Shown: positions 25,807-38,720 of the stretch, piece after piece
Position numbering within the stretch: the first letter of the stretch is position 1
Layout: each line of letters begins with the position of its first letter
Source: Octopus bimaculoides
Taxonomy: Eukaryota
Direction: 5' to 3'
Length of the DNA stretch: 64,000 nucleotides
Assembly (NCBI RefSeq): GCF_001194135.2
Contig: NC_068982.1
Span: 110,019,607-110,083,606, forward strand
Notes under the pieces: generated by a model
Database searches by the model: none
Seen by the model: only the letters and a program-made list of their open reading frames with translations
What the model was told of the DNA's origin: nothing
Translations under genes and position numbers: made by a program

Positions 25807-25889
25807 TAGGTATGTATATATATATGTATATATACATATATATANNNNNNNNNNCATTGTGGCAGCTCGCCGCCTTATAGGTATGTATA

Positions 25890-27658
25890 TATATATGTAT
25901 ATAGTGATGTAACGGTCATTCATATGGTACAATCATCAGTCATGTAATATAGTGGTCAGTACTGTACAAAATGTATCATTAATGTGATGTATTGACCAGT
26001 ACTGCTCAGTAGTTTTCATTACTGCAAAGTTGTGGTCACTACCATAATGGAGCGGTTAACGACATGATGTAGTAGTTAGTCCTGTAACATATTAGTCAAA
26101 TATTTGCAACAGTAGTCGATAATGTTCAGTAGTCGCCTGTCTGTATATGAGCGGTCAGTTCTATAACGGTAATCAGTATTTTTCCATGATAGTCTGTCCT
26201 GTATAGTGGTGGTCAATTCTGTACAAAGATTATAAGCAATGTACTGTACTGGATTTTTCAGCCCACTGGAGCTCAGTTCTAGGTTGCAGTGACCAGTTCA
26301 GTACGGTGGTCGTCAGTCATGTGCAGTAATAGTCATTCTGTTCAGCGATTATCATTAATTATTATTATGACGGTCAGATCTGTACAGAGGATAGTTAGTA
26401 ATGTACAGCGTGGTGCATAGTATACACGGTGTCAAGTTACTATTAAGTTTTTTTTAATGTAGTCAGTACTATAATTTAGTTGCTCGTCCTATGTTTTAAT
26501 ACAGCACAGTGCTCAGCCTTGTAATGACATTATAATAAATATTATAGTAAACATAAAGCAGCGGTCAGTATTGTAATGAAGGTATTCACTCCACATTGTA
26601 TAGATTATCACTATAATGTATGAGTTTAGTACTGTGCAATGGTGATCAGAAGTGTAGTGTTCATTATATGGCCATTGTTGTTATTCAGTGACTATTTATC
26701 TAGTCAGTATTATGATGTAGTCGTCAGTATGTTCATCTAGTGACCAGCATTGTTATCTAGTGGCCAATACTTTAATGTAATGGCCAGTTCAGTTATTCAG
26801 TGGTTAGTAATGTTATCCAATTGGCAGTATCGTCACCGAGGGGACATTACTGTGATATAATGGTCATCACTGTCATATTGTGCTCAGTGCTTTCTTATGG
26901 TCAATACAGTTATCTAATGCCCAGTATCGGTATTTAGTACTCAGTACTGTTATCTGGTGGTCAGTACAATTATCAGGTGTTCAATAATGTGGCGTAGAGT
27001 CCAATATTGTGATATAGTGGCGTATATCATTATCTTATGATCACTACTCTTATCTAGTGTCCAGTACTTTGGTGCAGGAGTCAGGTCTGTTATCTATTAA
27101 ACAATTATCATTGCCCAGTATCTAGTATTTTGATGTGTGGGCAGTACTATTATCTAGTAGTCAGAATTGTTATCTAGTCATAAGTGCGGTTATCTAATGG
27201 TCTTATCTAAAGGCCAGTACTGCTATAGATAATAGTACTGTTAGTAGACACTACTATTCTCTAGTGGTCAGTATTGTAACGCAGTGTTCAGTACTGTTAT
27301 GAAATGGCAGCTCTCTTCCCTAGCGACTAGCGCTATTATGTAATGGTCATTACTGTTATCTCATTGTTAATAGCGTTATGCTCTGCTCATTACCATTATT
27401 TAGTGATAACTACAGTAATATAATACTCAGTATTCTTATCTATGGGTCATTACAGTTATCTAGTGGTCAGTACTGTGATGTAGTAGCCAGTGTTGTTATT
27501 TTGGGGTCAGATCTGTGTTGTAGTGGTAAGCGGTATTCAGAAGTGTTATCGATTGGTCAGTACTCTAATGGTTAGTACTATTATCTAATCAGTAATGTAT
27601 TGTAGTGGTGATTATTGCTATATATAATACGAGTACAGTACTGTGATGTAGTGGCCTG
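25890..27658. repeat. Highly diverged 20-bp minisatellite (consensus approx. TCAGTACTGTTATCTAGTGG)
   Basis: From 26941 the phase is exactly 20 nt: tcagtactgttatctggtgg / tcagtacaattatcaggtgt / tcaataatgtggcgtagagt / ccaatattgtgatatagtgg / ... / tcactactcttatctagtgt. Confidence 0.85.
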
Positions 27659-27970
27659 TAAGGGCTTCTAAAAAGTTAATAATTGTTGGACGCTGAAACA
27701 TTTTCTTGCACTGAAAAGCAGAACTAGCCATTGGGATACAGTAGTATTAATATCCCCATTCTTCCTACAGCTTACCTAGATATTACAAAACTCGTCTTTT
27801 CAGAAAAATATGTCTATCTATCTTTATATTAATATATATATGTATAATTATTCTTAACACATTTAAGCAGGTTCAAACACAAAATATACTAGGTACTATA
27901 GTGTACGTTATAAGAAAATAACTTCTTCCTTTTACGATGTTCAACACACTCGGCTCATTGTCACACAGCA

Positions 27971-28016
27971 TTCTGGGACGCCAGTGTTTCGATGAGTTGC
28001 GTCTCGTCAGCCAGAA
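27971..28016 (-). ncRNA. Minimal type I hammerhead ribozyme with intact core
   Basis: Minus strand: TTCTGG-CTGACGA-GA(CGCAACTCA)TC-GAAA-C(ACTGGC)GT-C-CCAGAA. It has a perfect 6-bp stem I, all core nucleotides, G10.1-C11.1 and a GUC cleavage triplet (predicted cut between 27977 and 27976). Confidence 0.75.
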
Positions 28017-29409
28017 GCAGCCGAAACTTTGAACCTAAATGTAGCTGCTGGATTCGTTTCTCCGATGACATACTCAGCGAGGAGCAGCATATTTTGCGTC
28101 ATAAACCGCCAAAAAATGTTAAGAATAAATATGAAAATAACCGCTCCAAATCTCGCTGTACACCTTACAAATAACGATTTTTTTATATTTACACGCGCGC
28201 GCGCACGCACACACTCATACAATGATACATGCATACATACACACATACACGTGTATGTGTGTGCGCGCCTCTGTGTGTGTGTGTGGATGATAAATTGAAG
28301 GAACTAGGGGATTTTTGTGTCCAATTTCTGACGCCACACTTCTAATTTTCCAGTTTGATGGTGGAAACTCTTTTCAATTATACCTATATTACATTACTGA
28401 TGCCACGGATCTTATAATATCATATTAGTGATATGATACGTATAGTTGAATATCAATATAGTAAGTATCAGTAATAGTATAAAGTTCATTTTCATATGCT
28501 CATCCTTCCACAACAAACATCTGACTTCTATCCAATCTGAAGGATCAATATATATTTGTGAGATTGCATTTTTGTTTTTTGTATAAGAATCATACTCTAA
28601 TAGATCTATGACATAGAGGTATACAATTAAATACCTGCAACCGACACAGTTCTAGTACACTAGATCAGTTTTACTGTATTTTTGTCTTTTACTATGCGGC
28701 AAAACTAAAAATTGCAGTTGTATCAGAACATGTTCCATTGAAGCACCATTCTCTCTGCCGAGATTATCATAGATATAACTATAAAGCTGATGGGGAAGAT
28801 GAACCCAGCTATATTTCTGGAAATATATCATAAGTAATGCGCACGCATCACATTGTTTGAGCCTAGTGTATTCATTTTTTATTTTTATTCGATATTAGCT
28901 GTGATGGACAGCGAAAAACAAGAATGTATCTTATATAGAGGAAAAAAATTGCTATAGTTTTCAGTCGAAGCTCATGTATATAGCTTGTCGTTGTGTGAAT
29001 GGGTATGCTTTTGTGTGTTTCTGTGTTAGTGAATGTGTATCTTGTTATCTGGACTCTGGGCTAGATAATTACACACTAGTTCAGAAAACGATTGATGACT
29101 GTGGAACAGATGAGTCACAACACTTCCAGTTGGAAATTCTTATGTTCGAAATATAAAATTATAAATAGGGTTATGGTGCCAAAATTCACACCCACACGAC
29201 GCTATATTGGTTTATAAGTGAAATAAAGAAAAGAAATTGAGAAGAAAAAATCCATCTTATGACGAAAAGGCAGGGAGAAGGCGGAGTAATAATTGGAAAT
29301 AAGGCAGAGACGAAAGAGAAGCTGGTTAATATAGATAAAAAAAGGGAAAATGCAAAACAGAAAATTAAGATATAGAAAGAAAAAGAGATTAAGAAAATAT
29401 AAATCTACA

Positions 29410-29486
<77 letters not shown>

Positions 29487-30746
29487 TCATATCAACATAT
29501 GTACGTATACATACACGTGAATATATTCATACGTACATATATACATAGGCGCGTGTGGACATATATGTTGGTTGATAGAGACTATGGCAGAGAAACCAAT
29601 TGCACACCTACGCCCACGTATACTTGCATACGCATTCATACGCATTCATACGCATTATCACATACAATGCACAACGCATACATATTCACCTTCACTCATA
29701 ATAACACGCAGACACATACACGAGTTATAAAAACACGGTTATAATAAATTACATTCTTACTGTTCATTGCATAAGAAATGAGAAATTGTCACAAAGATTT
29801 TCCATGATGGCCGTTCAATGATGGAAGACTTCAGTAGGTGACTCATCAAGATTCTCCTGCTAGATACAACAATAATAGTATCAAAGAGGTCGAAGCAACA
29901 ACTACTATGATACACAACTATAGGCTGGAGTTGAACTTTGATTCCCTTGAGGAATATGTGTGTTACTAATTAGAATTACTTGCTAGTTGGGACATATTTT
30001 GTATGTGTCTGTCTAGGTATGTACATGGCAATGAATGTGTGTGTGTCTTGGTATGTTCGTATGTATATATGTTATGTGTATACGCCTAAGTATGTGTGTA
30101 GTTGAGTTTAAGGTATGCTATGTGGAAATGTATATGTAGATATGAATGTGTGTATGTAGGCAATGGTTGTGTGTGCATGAGAATCTATGTTTGTATGGTG
30201 TTTAGCTGCGTGTGTACGAATCTGTAGATGTGTGTGAAAATATGTGAGTGAATATGTGTGAGTAAGTGTACAGTTTTGCATTTTAGACAATGGAAAACGG
30301 ATTTGTTGGTGTTTGTGTTGATGCTAGTGGTTATAGCAATGGTTTACATCATCATCGTATTCTGATATAAAACTGATGCGCAATATATATTTGGTTATAA
30401 TATTTGGTATATAATTGATATATCCTGTTGTGGAATTTCAGAATCTATAATGGGAAGAATTATCGTTTATATTTCAGATTTGGTTAGCCATCTTCAATCA
30501 ACAGCCGGGATGGAAATTTGTAGAACTGACTGAAGAAAGTAACCAACAGATAAATAAATAAATAATTTCTGTCATTTATAATAAGCTGATGCAGCTTATA
30601 CGTTTATTTTTTGCCGAGTCAGAATCTATATAGACACATACAAAATACATTAGACTGAGTGTAGCAGAGTTTGCGTATAAGTAAACTCAAACACATGAAT
30701 ATAAAGTAGTGCAGACCTATACACACTCACACAAACACAGGCATTA

Positions 30747-30781
<35 letters not shown>

Positions 30782-30822
30782 CGTGTGTATACATAGATAC
30801 ACACACACAAAACACACACATA

Positions 30823-30862
<40 letters not shown>

Positions 30863-30887
30863 AAACTTTTTGTATTTTTTTTTTTTT

Positions 30888-31090
30888 ACTTGTTTCACTC
30901 ACTGGAGTGTAGTCATACAGGGGCACCACCTTCAAGGATTTAGACGAAAGAATCAATCCCACTAGTTATTTTTTAAAAAGTAGTACTCCTGCTATCGGTC
31001 TCTTTTGCCAAACCGCTAACTTACAAGGACGTAAAAAAAAACAGCACAAGTTGTGAAGCGGTGTGTGACCGACTCAAAGACACACAGATA
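30888..31090 (-). mobile_element. tRNA-derived SINE 3' part (family B)
   Basis: Reverse complement of ...GTAAGTTAGCGGTTTGGCAAAAGAGACCGATAG...GAAGGTGGTGCCCC... Confidence 0.7.
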
Positions 31091-31180
31091 CACACACACA
31101 CACACACACACACACNNNNNNNNNNNNNNNNNNNNNNNNNNNNNNNNNNNNNNNNNNNNNNNNNNTATATATATATATAT

Positions 31181-31370
31181 GGGAGAATTTACGAAAAAAA
31201 CATCAGACGAAGACAGGTGGTGTAAACAACAAATGGGTGTATTAGTTTAACGCTCGGGAATAGAGAAAGTCCTTCACGTTTCGAGCTACGCTCTTCAACT
31301 GAAAGTAACACAGAAAGAAATAAGGAGAGAAACAAGGAGAAAAAAATATAAATGTAGTGGTCAGGGTTAT
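31181..31370 (-). mobile_element. Short (TA)n-anchored element with a degenerate hammerhead (31271-31305)
   Basis: Minus strand CTTT-CAGTTGA-A-GAGC(GTA)GCTC-GAAA-CGT-G-AAGG: stems I and II and the ACGT palindrome are present, but the core has U4A and A6U, and position 17 is G. The 3' end runs into (TA)n. Confidence 0.45.
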
Positions 31371-31739
31371 TTATATATGTTTCAATTTAGAACAAACAGT
31401 TAGAGGTTGTCATTATAGTACTCGGAGTTTCGAATGTCGGAGCGAAGAGCTACGATACATTCTCGCCGGCTTTTAATGGCAAGAGACGTTATGTATCACC
31501 GTTAAATAAAAGAGAAGTAACTCTAATAGGTGGAAAAAGAAGAAAGATTAAAAAATACATGCAACCATATTCTCACAATACATAGCATAAGCCTCCTGCG
31601 TTCACAACGTCTACATACGTACACACTCACACAAACATGTATACGTACATGCACACACACACACACGCACCCACACAAATATCTATGTATGTACGCACTC
31701 ATACATACACACATATCCACACACGCAAACATGTATATA

Positions 31740-31771
<32 letters not shown>

Positions 31772-31934
31772 CGCAACCACATCCTCTATACACATAGGTG
31801 CTTACATGCATACATGTATTATACCATTAATAGCCTACGAGAATATATCGTAGGTCTTTGCTCCGACATTCGAAACTCCGAGTACAATAATGACAATCTT
31901 TTACTGTTTGTTCTGAATTATAACAAACACACAC

Positions 31935-31972
<38 letters not shown>

Positions 31973-32014
31973 GTATATGTGTGTGTGCGCGCGTGTTTAT
32001 GTTGCGTGTACGTA

Positions 32015-32095
<81 letters not shown>

Positions 32096-33119
32096 CCCTT
32101 ATAGAAAAGGGAAAATATCTACCGACTTGAGCGTCATTAGTTTTAAGGAACAACAGTTTATACTGAATGCTTTTTTTACCCCAGTAATGACACGTGTTCT
32201 ATAAATAGACTTACCATCCAGGGTAGTATTCTTCATTCTTAATTCAGCCATGACAGAGAGAACCTATGATCAACATTATTCTTTGTTTCTTGATTTTTTT
32301 TTTGTTAGTTACCCTGTATATCTACGATTATACCATCGAGTGTATCGTTCCTGTTTCAATATGTATGTTGTGAGTTGATGAAGGTTCAATCGCTATTTAT
32401 TAGTCTTTTTGTTTGTTTGTTTTTTTATACAGTGCTATGCTATTTATTATTCGCGCTGTCCCATTGGTTCTTTTAGAGATTCATTGAAAACATGAGATGA
32501 GATGCGTGGACGACTTCTATTTGACTGCTCTGGAATCCCAAGAGCTTACCCAAAATTTGACAATTCACGGAACTGCTACAGATGATAGAAGCAGAGTTGT
32601 TTCGCAACCATTTACCGTCCAGATATTAAAACAGTCGGTAATATCGGCTTAGCCGGTGATAAGCGTATCATGTAGTTGTCATCATCGAGCGTAATTCTTA
32701 TTGAACAGCTTCTACGGGCCTGAGAAACTAAGACCTACCGATTTAACTCTGAGGTTGTCATATTTTACAATCCTTGAAGAGTAGTTGGCCCTTAATAACT
32801 ACGGCTTTGGACAAGGTGGTTTCCTTTATTCAGTAGCAGTTCAGCCTCCTAAATTTCTTCCATCCGCACATTCGATCACGTAACCCGTCTTCACTCTAAT
32901 TGATGTGTTATGAACACAATTTAAACTATCCACCACATATTATCTGACCAATGATGCGTCCAAAACAAGATGTCAGTTAAGCTGACAAATTAATCTGTTG
33001 CTCTATTTTAAATATAAGAAAAAAAGAATGAATTTCCAGTATATGAAGATATATACATACATACATGCATACATACATATATCTATATAAGTAGATTAAT
33101 AGCTATATACTGTATACGC

Positions 33120-33167
<48 letters not shown>

Positions 33168-34490
33168 ATACATACGTATATACTTTGCAGTACTTTATTC
33201 CTTTTTCTCTGCTTGGAATGTTTATAACACCAGATTAATTCGTCAGTCTAACTGGCATCTATTTACCAGCTTGGTAAATAGCTAAATTCCACATCAAATG
33301 CTACATGCAATCATTTGGCATCAACCTGTTAAACTCTACTCTTTAACGTAATGCATTGCAATATATTGTCATTTAACTCTTCAAGCTCAACATTTCCTCA
33401 AATCCTTTTTCCTTCTTCTGACTCGTTGTGAACTCCATTGTATATGGAGAATAACCTTCTTTCTGGCAGTCTCTGATTAAGAAAAGAAAGTTTGTGAGAC
33501 ACGTCCGAATCAATCATTATGACGCTGATACTCGTATATGTTTCCATACCACATCAACGTCATCACTTATTCTTGTAAAGTTATAAATGTTTGAAATAAT
33601 TTTATTTCCGTAAATCAATGGCGTAACTTCTGATCAACAAGATCAATCATAGATATTTATGTTTATTTACTATAACTATAAATTTCTGCGCTGGCCCCTG
33701 AAAAATATTTCAAGCGTAAAACCTGAACGTAAAACTCAATCAACTGGCTAAATAGGAAAGAATTGGTTTAAGAAAATAAATTACGATTGTGTTTGGTACT
33801 TACTTTCTTTCACTACTCAGAAAAGCTTCGTTAAGCATGAGTACTCATTCGTAGATATAACGAATTTACTTAATTTCTTTGTTTGAAGAAGAGAGCGGCG
33901 TATCGGGTTATCTCTACTATGTTGAGCTTACTAAATATGTCTGTCTAGGAGTAAGTCACAATCAAGAGTCGAAGTTTAACATGAATTCTTTCAGAGATAC
34001 TGAAAGGTAAGTATATATAGGAAAATTCAACATACACTTTGACTAATCTCTTGGAAAGGATCATAACTTCTAGATAGAGTCAACACCAGCATTACCGCAC
34101 TGATCTCATACGTCGTGCCTACTTAAGTACCTAGATGATTTTTGTATTCAAATCTATCAAAATTTTAATCTGCAACGCCTGCTTCGTCTTTCATTTGTCC
34201 AACGTTGACAATCCAGTCTTGATTTTATCTGCAATACTCTTGACAAAATAGGTACCGTCATAACCACAATCCAATGAAAGGAATCAGTAAAAGAGTACCC
34301 TTGTAGCAATTAAGAAAATGCATCTGCATATTGCTAGAAATATTACTCTGGCTGGCTAAAGTGAGTCACTCCTATCAATTGGCATGCAGTCAATTACAAT
34401 TTTGTATTTGTAAAGATTTTGAACGGCTTTTTTACCCGCCAATTCTTATACAAACGTGGGCACAAGGTCATGCTAACACTCACACGCTCT

Positions 34491-34524
<34 letters not shown>

Positions 34525-36779
34525 AACAAATGTTCAAAAAAACAAACAAATGTTCAAAAGTACATTCCTAACATAATGGACTTCATATGTTTACATATTG
34601 GTACATATGTTTGTGTATGTGTGTATAAATAAGTATATGTGTATGTATGTATGAATGTATGTAACATCAACCATATGTATATATGTGTATATATGTATAC
34701 ACACACACACACACCTACGCACGGATTTTACATAATTATACATGACTTCGCAAATATACGTGTGTGTGCGCGCGCATATGTGTGTTGATACATACATACA
34801 TACATACATACATACATACATACATGTATGCATGTATATTACTACTGCAAAAGACATCCCTAAACTCACATATATAAGGACGAACATACACAAAGATATG
34901 CGTGTGCGCGTATGTGCGTGTGTAGATGTACATTTGAGTATGCGTTTATGTATGTGTCCCCCGCGCAGTTATATATTTTACGATTTCACAACAATAAAGC
35001 CATAAGAAGAAAAACGACGATCAAAGACTTGACAGTTGACAGTAACGGGTCATTAAATATATACGTTACCGCCAACACCACCTATCTAACATCATCACTG
35101 CTTCTATTAATCATATCGTCTCTATAACATACCACCCACATTCATTGACACCACCAGTTACATCAAGAGCAACGACAACAACAGCGACAACTCCCAACTG
35201 CTACCGCAACCTTCCATCATAAGATTTTAGATTTAGTAATGCGACAAAACGGTCGATGGAGATAGTGAAGTTATCTTGTCGACAGTTTTTCTGATATAAA
35301 GAAGACAGCTTAAATACTCTGGAGAGCAACTGTCGATTCTAGGTGATTCTAGCTTCATTTATATATATATATACAACTGACCAACTACTTTCTCCCTTTC
35401 TCCCTTCCCCCATTTTCACACTACATACGTCAAGATCACCAGCAGTCTACCTCCCACACACAGCCCCTCGTTCCCGATCACCGTTTGTTATCTCCCCTTT
35501 TCTTAGCTCTCCTGAAATAAGAATTTCTAACTTCCGGTCAGTCATTGTTATGATCGGCCATTATTATGATTGACCGTTGACTGAACACTATTCAATTTTT
35601 TTTCTCCGTGTTTTTCTCCTNNNNNNNNNNNNNNNNNNNNNNNNNNNNNNNNNNNNNNNNNNNNNNNNNNNNNNNNNNNNNNNNNNNNNNNNNNNNNNNN
35701 NNNNNNNNNNNNNNNNNNNNNNNNNNNNNNNNNNNNNNNNNNNNNNNNNNNNNNNNNNNNNNNNNNNNNNNNNNNNNNNNNNNNNNNNNNNNNNNNNNNN
35801 NNNNNNNNNNNNNNNNNNNNNNNNNNNNNNNNNNNNNNNNNNNNNNNNNNNNNNNNNNNNNNNNNNNNNNNNNNNNNNNNNNNNNNNNNNNNNNNNNNNN
35901 NNNNNNNNNNNNNNNNNNNNNNNNNNNNNNNNNNNNNNNNNNNNNNNNNNNNNNNNNNNNNNNNNNNNNNNNNNNNNNNNNNNNNNNNNNNNNNNNNNNN
36001 NNNNNNNNNNNNNNNNNNNNNNNNNNNNNNNNNNNNNNNNNNNNNNNNNNNNNNNNNNNNNNNNNNNNNNNNNNNNNNNNNNNNNNNNNNNNNNNNNNNN
36101 NNNNNNNNNNNNNNNNNNNNNNNNNNNNNNNNNNNNNNNNNNNNNNNNNNNNNNNNNNNNNNNNNNNNNNNNNNNNNNNNNNNNNNNNNNNNNNNNNNNN
36201 NNNNNNNNNNNNNNNNNNNNNNNNNNNNNNNNNNNNNNNNNNNNNNNNNNNNNNNNNNNNNNNNNNNNNNNNNNNNNNNNNNNNNNNNNNNNNNNNNNNN
36301 NNNNNNNNNNNNNNNNNNNNNNNNNNNNNNNNNNNNNNNNNNNNNNNNNNNNNNNNNNNNNNNNNNNNNNNNNNNNNNNNNNNNNNNNNNNNNNNNNNNN
36401 NNNNNNNNNNNNNNNNNNNNNNNNNNNNNNNNNNNNNNNNNNNNNNNNNNNNNNNNNNNNNNNNNNNNNNNNNNNNNNNNNNATATATATATTAATATGT
36501 ATATATATATATATATTGATAGTGAAAGGTATGAGCATGTGTATGTTTGTGTATGTGTTTTGTTGTGTGTGGTAGTGTCTTGTGTGGATTTGCATGAAAG
36601 TGATGCTGAGACACAGAAGAGAAAAAGCAAATGTGGGTTCATAAATAAGGAAAGAGAAGCGAGTGAGAAAGAGAGAGACAAAAAAGCTGACAGAGAGAGA
36701 TAGATACATATATATAAAGATATGTGCGTATATATGCTTTTCCTGGATTCTGTGGTGTCTTGAATGAGATGCCGATCCG

Positions 36780-36895
36780 TCACAGTATTACTCATTTTTG
36801 TCTGCTGAGTAAACTGGATCAATGAAATGAAGTGTTTTGCTCAAAGACACAACACATCGCCCGGTCCAGGAATTGAGACCCCAATCTTACTATCA
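36780..36895 (-). mobile_element. SINE head/central-domain fragment (related to family D)
   Basis: Reverse complement ...GTCTCAATTCCTGGACCGGGCGATGTGTTGTGTCTTTGAGCAAAACACTTCATTTCA... matches 54845-54910. Confidence 0.6.
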
Positions 36896-37071
36896 GGTGT
36901 AGATTTCATCAAGCTTTATATAGAATTTCTCTTTACCTGCACATTGGGTTATGATAATTTGATGCTTGGTTAAAGTGTTTCAATTTGAATAATAAATGTT
37001 TTCTAGAGCACGACAGAGGTTTAATCAAATGTTTTGTACGTTTCATTCTCCTTGGTTTTATATATATATAT

Positions 37072-37288
37072 AAATTTCAAAATGTAACCACATGTGGATC
37101 GTTGACGATTTTTTTCCTCCGTCTTCCTTATCTCTTGGACTTTCCTCCGACTCCTGTTTCTGATGAGGAGCTTTGCTTTTTACGTAAAACTACCTTTCTT
37201 TCCTCTGCTAATACTTTGCATGTACCACTTCCTCGCGTTGTTGTTTTTTCTTGTGGTGTTTGATCTTCGTTTTTTGGGATTTATTATA

Positions 37289-37290
<2 letters not shown>
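37072..37290 (+). mobile_element. ~215-bp cassette flanked on both sides by (TA)n, with a decayed hammerhead-like motif (37156-37190)
   Basis: GTTT-CTGATGA-G-GAGC(TTT)GCTT-[TTTA instead of GAAA]-CGT-A-AAAC. Confidence 0.3.
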
Positions 37291-37324
<34 letters not shown>

Positions 37325-38013
37325 GGAGTAAGCACATGAAATGTGCAACAAGGTGGAAAAAAGAGTACTCAAATACCAGAGATAGAGTAATATGCTTTAT
37401 TTAAAAGCAGCAGAAATATAACAAAAAANNNNNNNNNNNNNNNNNNNNNNNNNNNNNNNNNNNNNNNNNNNNNNNNNNNNNNNNNNNNNNNNNNNNNNNN
37501 NNNNNNNNNNNNNNNNNNNNNNNNNNNNNNNNNNNNNNNNNNNNNNNNNNNNNNNNNNNNNNNNNNNNNNNNNNNNNNNNNNNNNNNNNNNNNNNNNNNN
37601 NNNNNNNNNNNNNNNNNNNNNNNNNNNNNNNNNNNNNNNNNNNNNNNNNNNNNNNNNNNNNNNNNNNNNNNNNNNNNNNNNNNNNNNNNNNNNNNNNNNN
37701 NNNNNNNNNNNNNNNNNNNNNNNNNNNNNNNNNNNNNNNNNNNNNNNNNNNNNNNNNNNNNNNNNNNNNNNNNNNNNNNNNNNNNNNNNNNNNNNNNNNN
37801 NNNNNNNNNNNNNNNNNNNNNNNNNNNNNNNNNNNNNNNNNNNNNNNNNNNNNNNNNNNNNNNNNNNNNNNNNNNNNNNNNNNNNNNNNNNNNNNNNNNN
37901 NNNNNNNNNNNNNNNNNNNNNNNNNNNNNNNNNNNNNNNNNNNNNNNNNNNNNNNNNNNNNNNNNNNNNNNNNNNNNNNNNNNNNNNNNNNNNNNNNNNN
38001 NNNNNNNNNNNNN

Positions 38014-38074
<61 letters not shown>

Positions 38075-38720
38075 TGATGCGACCGTTACATTTAAACAGT
38101 ACTTATTAAGAGATGGTTTCCATTAATTTATTAGTATATGTTCGCGTATCTGTCGCAAAAGTGAATCATATGGTTCTATTGCAATGGCCTTTGTCTATGT
38201 TGTTTATCATGCCGTCGGTATGCTGCTAAAATACCAAATTTTCCTGTCTCCATTTTCTTTCTAATGCTTCTCCATTCTTTCAGTTTCCCCTTCATACGCT
38301 GCGGTTTTCTTTTTACATTCGTCCTCCTCACATTTTAATTGATAAACTACGTTCCTTATTTTAACTAAGGTTGATCCTAAGGTTCATATTACGCACAATA
38401 CAGTTCCTGCTGGTGAATTTGGTCCTTTCAAAGGCTATGATCTTTATAGCTGTGACCTAATGAATTTTCTTGGTTTCTCTATTACTTTAATTCTAATTTT
38501 AACGTCAATCAGCGTTCCTAAACCTACGAACTAATTCTCTTTTTGGTGTAGCATAAGAAGCATTACCCTTGAAACTAGTCACTATTATACCATGTGTTGA
38601 ATGTTAACAAATTGTCTACTAAAAGAGGTGAAATAGAACAAGTGTGTGCATTTATTAATGACAAAATGACCTTCCTAAGCTTCAATATATATACGTGTAT
38701 GTATGTATGTATGTATGTAT

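Noticed and set aside
25795-25893. ~50-bp direct duplication on either side of a 10-N gap
   Set aside because: Most likely unmerged overlapping contig ends (assembly artefact).
25890-27658. CRISPR-like array or repetitive protein exon
   Set aside because: A continuous degenerate 20-bp tandem with no repeat-spacer alternation, and frequent stops in all frames.
28007-28246. Minus-strand ORF overlapping the 27971 hammerhead as a coding exon
   Set aside because: It starts inside a microsatellite and has no recognisable domain; the structured-RNA reading explains the 3' end better.
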